Source: Paracoccaceae bacterium (GTDB taxonomy: Bacteria > Pseudomonadota > Alphaproteobacteria > Rhodobacterales > Rhodobacteraceae). Taken from it: DNA of 27,511 nt. The stretch is taken from NCBI GenBank assembly GCA_006227805.1, contig SBFT01000290.1, positions 1-27,511 on the forward strand, given 5' to 3'. The notes beneath the pieces are model-generated. The model saw nothing but the letters and a program-made list of their open reading frames with translations. It was not told where the DNA came from and made no database searches. A program made the position numbers and the translations under genes. Positions 24,846 through 27,511 of the stretch are shown here, piece by piece (the first letter of the stretch is position 1; each line of letters begins with the position of its first letter).

Positions 24846-26642
24846 TCAAAACGCCTGTCCTATCCCGATATAGATCTGCACCCCGTCATCGCCGGGTCCC
24901 GACACCGGGAAGGCCACGTCGAAGCGGATCGGCCCGATGCCGGTATCGTAGCGCAGCCCCAGGCCCGCACCGGAATGCCAGGTGCCGCTGCCATCGGGGA
25001 AGGATTCCGCGCCGATATAGCCCGCGTCGACGAAGCCCACCGCGCCGATCGTGTCGGTCACGTCGAAGCGCACCTCGCCGGACAGGCCCAGGAAGCTCCG
25101 CCCGCCGCTGCGCAATCCGCCGGGCAGGTCGATGCCGTTCGACTGGAAGGGCTGGCCGCGCACGGTTCCCCCACCCCCGGAATAATAGAGCGCATCCGCG
25201 GGCGCCTGCGCCAGCGGCAGCCCCGACAGCGATCCCAGCTGGAACCGACCCGCCAGCGTCAGGCGGTCGCCCGTCCCGAAACTGCGATAACCGCGCAGAT
25301 CGGCGTTGGCGATCAGGCCGCTGGGAATCCCGGAAAGCGCGTAGAAGGGGATCAGTTCCAGGTCCAGGAACCAGCCCCGATGGGCGTTCAGCCGGTCGTC
25401 GCGGTGGTCGAATTCGACACCCAGGGGCAGCGTGACGAGGCTGTAGTCGCGCCGCCCGAAGGCATCCTCGCTGCGGCCCCAGACCAGACCCAGGCCGAAT
25501 TCGTAGGTGCGCTGCGCCGTGGCATAGCGCACCACCCCGGCCTCGATCGCCACCCGCGTGGTGGTGAAATCGACGTCGTCGCGGCGCAGCGCCTCGGCCT
25601 CGACGTAGAAGTCGTTGTCCTGGCTGAAGGTGGCGGGCCGGTCGAAACGGGCCGAGAGGCGCCCGTCCGCACCGCCGCTGTCGCCGCCGATCCCCGAGAT
25701 TTCGGCCTCGAAGCGCAGCCTTTCGGCCCCTCCCAGGAGATTGCGGTGCTGCCAGTAGCCCGAGACGGAGAGACCCTCGAACGAGGCGATCTCGGCGCCG
25801 AACCCGAACGAGCGCTTGGGCCGGTCCGAGATGTCCAGAACGATGTCGAGAGTATCGTCCGGCCCGTCGGTCTCGGCATCCGAGAGGGTGGCGGCGCTGA
25901 AGGTCCCGGTGCGCCGCAGGCGCCTGGTCGCGAGGTCCAGCGCTTCGGGGTCATAACGCGCGCCCGTGGGCAGGCCCGCGATCTCGCGGATGCGCTCGGG
26001 GCGGACATCCGAGGCGCCGCGGATCACCAGATCGCCGAACCTGTAGACGCGCCCGGGATCGAGACGGATCGACACGTCGAGCTGATCCGCCCGGTGGCGC
26101 GCGGTGATCTGCTGATCGCTCAGCCGCGCCCGCGCATGGCCCTGCGCGCGCCATCCCTCGATGCCTGTGCGGACCGTGTCGCGGACCACGCCCAGTTGCG
26201 CGGGCTGGCCCGGCGCGAAACCCGCAGGCAGTTCCGAACCCGGTGCGACCGGCGCGATGCTGGCGGCGCCAAGGCGGAAGGCCGGGCCCGTCTCGACCGA
26301 AACCGTGACGCGCGCGACGCTCCCGGGCAGATCGAGCTGCGAGATCCGGGCCGCCTCGCGCCCGTCCACCAGGATGCGGATGACGCCGCCGAAATGGCCC
26401 GCGTCATAGAGCGCGGCGGTCAGGTTCGCGTAATCGGCCTGCGCGGCGGCGATGATCTCCTGGGCCTCGGCGCCATCCTGTCCGGCAAGGCCCGACAGGC
26501 GCGAGGCCGCCTGAAGCCGGTCGCGCAGGTCGGCGCCGCGCACCTCGAGCGTCAAGTCGAATGCCGCGGCAAGGCCCGGACAGGCCAGCAGGGCCGCGAG
26601 GATCCCGGCCCTGACAAGTCGCCCTGTAAACTCCTGTCTCAC
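24846..26642 (-). CDS. tamA: Autotransporter assembly Omp85-family protein TamA
   Basis: Signal peptide, POTRA-like region (LRRTGTFS), HRNLLGGAE, YYSGGGGTVRGQ (Omp85 VRG motif), GLGLRYDTGIGPIRFDVAFP, terminal YIGIGQAF. Confidence 0.93.
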   Translation of the reverse strand: MRQEFTGRLVRAGILAALLACPGLAAAFDLTLEVRGADLRDRLQAASRLSGLAGQDGAEAQEIIAAAQADYANLTAALYDAGHFGGVIRILVDGREAARISQLDLPGSVARVTVSVETGPAFRLGAASIAPVAPGSELPAGFAPGQPAQLGVVRDTVRTGIEGWRAQGHARARLSDQQITARHRADQLDVSIRLDPGRVYRFGDLVIRGASDVRPERIREIAGLPTGARYDPEALDLATRRLRRTGTFSAATLSDAETDGPDDTLDIVLDISDRPKRSFGFGAEIASFEGLSVSGYWQHRNLLGGAERLRFEAEISGIGGDSGGADGRLSARFDRPATFSQDNDFYVEAEALRRDDVDFTTTRVAIEAGVVRYATAQRTYEFGLGLVWGRSEDAFGRRDYSLVTLPLGVEFDHRDDRLNAHRGWFLDLELIPFYALSGIPSGLIANADLRGYRSFGTGDRLTLAGRFQLGSLSGLPLAQAPADALYYSGGGGTVRGQPFQSNGIDLPGGLRSGGRSFLGLSGEVRFDVTDTIGAVGFVDAGYIGAESFPDGSGTWHSGAGLGLRYDTGIGPIRFDVAFPVSGPGDDGVQIYIGIGQAF

Positions 26643-26797
26643 CGATACCGCCTGACGGAAAAGACATGCCGTTCTTGCTTCGGCCGCGGGGGTGCAGAGA
26701 CCCCGCAGGCAGCTCTTTGAACCTGAGTAGCATTCTTCCGGGCGGAATTGAAAGCGCTCCGCACCCCGGACCGGGTCGATCGGCGGCAGATGCGCGG

Positions 26798-26831
26798 AAA
26801 AACGGAACCGCCGGGGAATGCCCCCGGCGGT
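26798..26831 (-). terminator. Rho-independent terminator of the SRPBCC-like gene
   Basis: Perfect 10-bp stem ACCGCCGGGG/CCCCGGCGGT (26807-26831) with a 5-nt loop. The minus strand continues TCCGTTTTT. Located about 28 nt after the stop at 26859. Confidence 0.75.
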
Positions 26832-26858
26832 GTGCCTGTGCCCGCGCCCCGGACCGCG

Positions 26859-27377
26859 TCAGGAGCGGTGATCGACCGGGTGGAAGATCGGCAGATCGGA
26901 GTTGGCCGGGCGGCAGGCGGGACGCAGGCTGGCCGAAATCTCCAGCGCGCGGCGATGCGTGTGACGGTGGCGATACATGAAGCGCGCATAGCGCGCGATC
27001 ACGGGCGTCATCGCTCCGGCGTCGATCGTCACCCGGTCGATCCAGACCGAACCCGAGCCATCGGGATGCACTTCCAGAACGTGGCGCCAGGACCGGACAC
27101 CCTTGCCGCCCTCCGAGGTCTCGATCCGGCGGGTCTCGTCGCAGAGGGCATCGACACGGATCTGGTAATCGGGCGACCGGAACATCCCGAAGATGCGGAT
27201 GTCGGTTTCATAGGTGCGGCCCGGTTCCATGTCCTCGGCCGGAAGCCGGTCATAGCGCGAGATGCGCCGCGTGGCCTCGATCAGGTCGGCGAAGGACCGG
27301 GCGCGGTCGAACATGGCATCGGCGTCGTCGGAATAGCGCGCCTTGACCGTCAAATCGACAGGTGCAGCTGAAATCAT
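26859..27377 (-). CDS. SRPBCC/START-like (polyketide cyclase/dehydrase-fold) hypothetical protein
   Basis: ATG 27377 after GGGAGAG. Pattern ...IETSEGGKGVRSWRHVLEVHPDGSGSVWIDRVTIDAG followed by a C-terminal helix (ARYARFMYRHRH) fits the helix-grip fold. Family recognised by eye only. Confidence 0.6.
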   Translation of the reverse strand: MISAAPVDLTVKARYSDDADAMFDRARSFADLIEATRRISRYDRLPAEDMEPGRTYETDIRIFGMFRSPDYQIRVDALCDETRRIETSEGGKGVRSWRHVLEVHPDGSGSVWIDRVTIDAGAMTPVIARYARFMYRHRHTHRRALEISASLRPACRPANSDLPIFHPVDHRS

Positions 27378-27511
27378 GCTGAAATACTCTCCCCTGCGCG
27401 GCTGCATGACCGCGCCTGTGTCAACTGGTTTCGGTTAACGGCCCGTTCAGCAGCCGAACGGACAGACCCAGCCTGCGGGGGAAATTCGTCTCAAATTTGA
27501 AGTATTTGGCA

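Noticed and set aside
26560-26642. Lipoprotein signal (LLAC) in TamA
   Set aside because: The lipobox is imperfect, and a good signal peptidase I site (LAAA/FDL) follows. It cannot be settled without a predictor.
3781-26720. Very long antisense ORFs (3781-6441, 7207-10113, 10763-13741, 14802-16385, 21694-24873, 24975-26720 and others)
   Set aside because: Each mirrors a well-supported gene on the opposite strand. Long stop-free antisense frames are expected at this GC3, and none has recognisable domains.
1-27511. tRNA, rRNA, CRISPR array, IS/transposase, integrase or prophage genes
   Set aside because: None was seen by eye. Almost all of the sequence is accounted for by protein-coding genes, and the short intergenic regions show no spaced repeats or cloverleaf patterns.

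Overview
This is a high-GC window (roughly 65-70% by eye) whose genes look alphaproteobacterial, probably Rhodobacterales-like (inference). It holds four blocks. (1) An amide/peptide catabolic cluster: a cytoplasmic penicillin/cephalosporin-acylase-family Ntn hydrolase (minus strand, runs off the left edge, missed by the ORF track) divergent from an M81 (MlrC-like) metallopeptidase, a Dpp/Opp-type ABC importer and two different M20 hydrolases. (2) A fold-type I lysine/ornithine/arginine decarboxylase with no APC antiporter beside it. (3) An eight-gene minus-strand operon, usp-mrpABCDEFG (Mrp/Pha/Mnh cation/H+ antiporter), with every junction translationally coupled, divergent from an OxyR-like LysR regulator. 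(4) tamAB and an SRPBCC-like gene. The strongest candidate for an undescribed system is block 3. The OxyR-like protein has Lys in place of the peroxide-sensing Cys (GHKL for GHCL) but keeps an OxyR-type HTH. A perfect OxyR-type operator (TTTCGATAG-N7-CTATCGAAA) lies about 65 bp upstream of a candidate usp-mrp start site. This suggests a repurposed OxyR controlling a USP-coupled Mrp antiporter. No rRNA, tRNA, IS element or CRISPR array was seen.
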